Below, one piece after another: positions 53,550-54,707 of a stretch of 54,707 nucleotides of DNA; positions within the stretch are counted from its first letter, which is position 1; every line of letters begins with the position of its first letter. A program made the position numbers and the translations under genes. The notes below the pieces were generated by a model that did not search any database, was not told the DNA's origin, and saw nothing but the letters and a program-made list of their open reading frames with translations. The stretch comes from an uncultured virus (IMG/VR IMGVR_UViG_3300035698_023471) (lineage: Duplodnaviria > Heunggongvirae > Uroviricota > Caudoviricetes), in the IMG/VR virus record IMGVR_UViG_3300035698_023471; one strand, given 5' to 3'.

Positions 53550-53798
53550 ATGCCAGAGAAGGATCAAGATATGCTTCTGAACTTATTTAAAATGCCCAAT
53601 GGATTGGCTCAGCAAATAATCATCATCGAAAGAGGTAAAACGGATTGTTTCTTGGAATCTCTCAAGAAAAACAACTTTCCCAAGAAAGATGACGATCCAG
53701 TCATAAAAGAGACTAAAAACCGTATAGAACAATTAGCCATACTCTCTTTTGAATTAGGACTCAAATATGGAACTCGACTCCTCAAAAATAAGCGATAG
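53550..53798 (+). CDS. hypothetical protein
   Basis: after promoter 53523; start uncertain. Confidence 0.55.
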   Translation: MPEKDQDMLLNLFKMPNGLAQQIIIIERGKTDCFLESLKKNNFPKKDDDPVIKETKNRIEQLAILSFELGLKYGTRLLKNKR

Positions 53799-53994
53799 GA
53801 TATTGGCCGTCATTCATTTTAATGTCCTGAGTATTGGAGATCATGTCTCACTTAATGAATATGGGGAGGCCATTCAGTGTACAGATTTAGAAGACTCTAT
53901 CGGACAAGTAGTGGCAGGAGATAAAACAAAAGTCGCCATAAGGTCAATTAATACAGATAAGATATTCGAATTCACGAAAGGAACAAAACATTGA
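53767..53994 (+). CDS. hypothetical protein
   Basis: operon context. Confidence 0.6.
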   Translation: MELDSSKISDRILAVIHFNVLSIGDHVSLNEYGEAIQCTDLEDSIGQVVAGDKTKVAIRSINTDKIFEFTKGTKH

Positions 53995-54239
53995 AAATAG
54001 AAATATCTAAAATACCACCATTATTTCTAAGCCTGTTAGGTGTTCACCTGAACGCAAACCCACATCGTTGGTTAAAAGAATTAGATGGATTATACTCCTC
54101 TAAAACCATGGAAGAAGTAAAGATAACCTCTGATTATCCTAAAGAGAATTTAGACAAAGACTACAATGGTAAAATAATTCCTAAAAAGTTCCTTTTTAAA
54201 CCAAAGATTATCGACAAATTTATAATAAATGATCGTTAA
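53991..54239 (+). CDS. hypothetical protein
   Basis: TTGA coupling. Confidence 0.6.
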   Translation: MKIEISKIPPLFLSLLGVHLNANPHRWLKELDGLYSSKTMEEVKITSDYPKENLDKDYNGKIIPKKFLFKPKIIDKFIINDR

Positions 54240-54420
54240 CTCAGATCTCATCCCACCACCTATCTTAAAAGTCATCGAACATAACATACCCTTCTTTAAC
54301 TGGATATGTCCTACATGTGACGAAGTGAACAAAACTCCTGAAGTAATTCGATACGATGATAAGACAACTTTAATCAAATGTCGTCATTGCGGCGGTGCCG
54401 AAATGATCGCTGACAAATAG
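54229..54420 (+). CDS. zinc-ribbon-like small protein
   Basis: CPTC...CRHC. Confidence 0.6.
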   Translation: MIVNSDLIPPPILKVIEHNIPFFNWICPTCDEVNKTPEVIRYDDKTTLIKCRHCGGAEMIADK

Positions 54421-54580
54421 GATTTTTTCAAAAATCCTCCTAATCCCACCTTTCTCTTTAACTTTTCTTGTAAAATAATGTATTCCGGGCAATAATCTAC
54501 GTTATGTGTCAATTATGTAATCTTTTATTTTACATAACATTTTAAGGGTGAAGAGAAGGGCGAAAGAATTAGCTTTAACT

Positions 54581-54707
54581 ATTTTCATTCATTTCATCTC
54601 ATTTTCATTCATTTCATCTCATTTTCATTCATTTCATCTCATTTTCATTCATTTCATCTCATTTTCATTCATTTCATCTCATTTTCATTCATTTCATCTC
54701 ATTTTCA
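54581..54707 (+). repeat. perfect 20-bp tandem repeat, >6 copies, runs off window
   Basis: (ATTTTCATTCATTTCATCTC)n. Confidence 0.95.

Larger units (their letters stand above)
18485..53551 (+). promoter_or_regulatory. family of ~31 rightward sigma70 early-type promoters
   Basis: Mostly (TAG)TTGACA-17-(TGn)TAnnnT; -35 starts at 18485,18594,19927,21211,21301,21465,22588,23894,24397,24830,25785,25906,25993,26763,29858,29957,30124,32643,34918,36021,36571,38758(16-bp spacer),41224,41607,42388,43527,44323,46427,49030,51383,53523. Confidence 0.85.

Noticed and set aside
54581..54707. CRISPR repeats
   Set aside because: Head-to-tail identical units with no spacers.
1..54707. Alternative genetic code (stop-codon reassignment) explaining the short ORFs
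   Set aside because: Each short ORF restarts with the conserved tag, usually in a new frame; long genes are intact under code 11; all three stops are used; no suppressor tRNA was seen.

Overview
Fragment of a large (jumbo-type) tailed dsDNA phage genome, standard genetic code; no structural or replication core genes are recognisable. The most striking feature is a family of about 57 small genes (50-105 aa) whose products share only an 8-residue N-terminal tag, M-[KR]-[ILV]-[KRQ]-x-H-[NDQ]-x (type MKIKLHNS, His6 invariant), followed by mostly unrelated bodies. Of these, 43 form a translationally coupled tandem array (7818-18101), 7 lie divergently (4011-7756), 5 cluster at 51472-52810 and 2 sit between tRNAs. 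The 18.4-53.5 kb region looks like an early/accessory region: about 30 near-consensus sigma70 promoters (TAGTTGACA-17-TGnTAnnnT), short hypothetical genes, 12 tRNAs, a CobT-like vWA / CobS-MoxR-like AAA+ pair, a stand-alone BRCT protein, and DUF932-like and Gp88-like genes. It also carries several unexplained non-coding systems: an ACTCATAGT motif recurring roughly every 1.2-3.3 kb, a five-copy promoter-proximal hairpin/dyad, ~200-bp terminator-spacer-promoter modules, candidate structured RNAs and long perfect palindromes. The window ends with an AT-rich palindromic region and a 20-bp tandem repeat. All family calls come from motif recognition by eye, and counts are manual.
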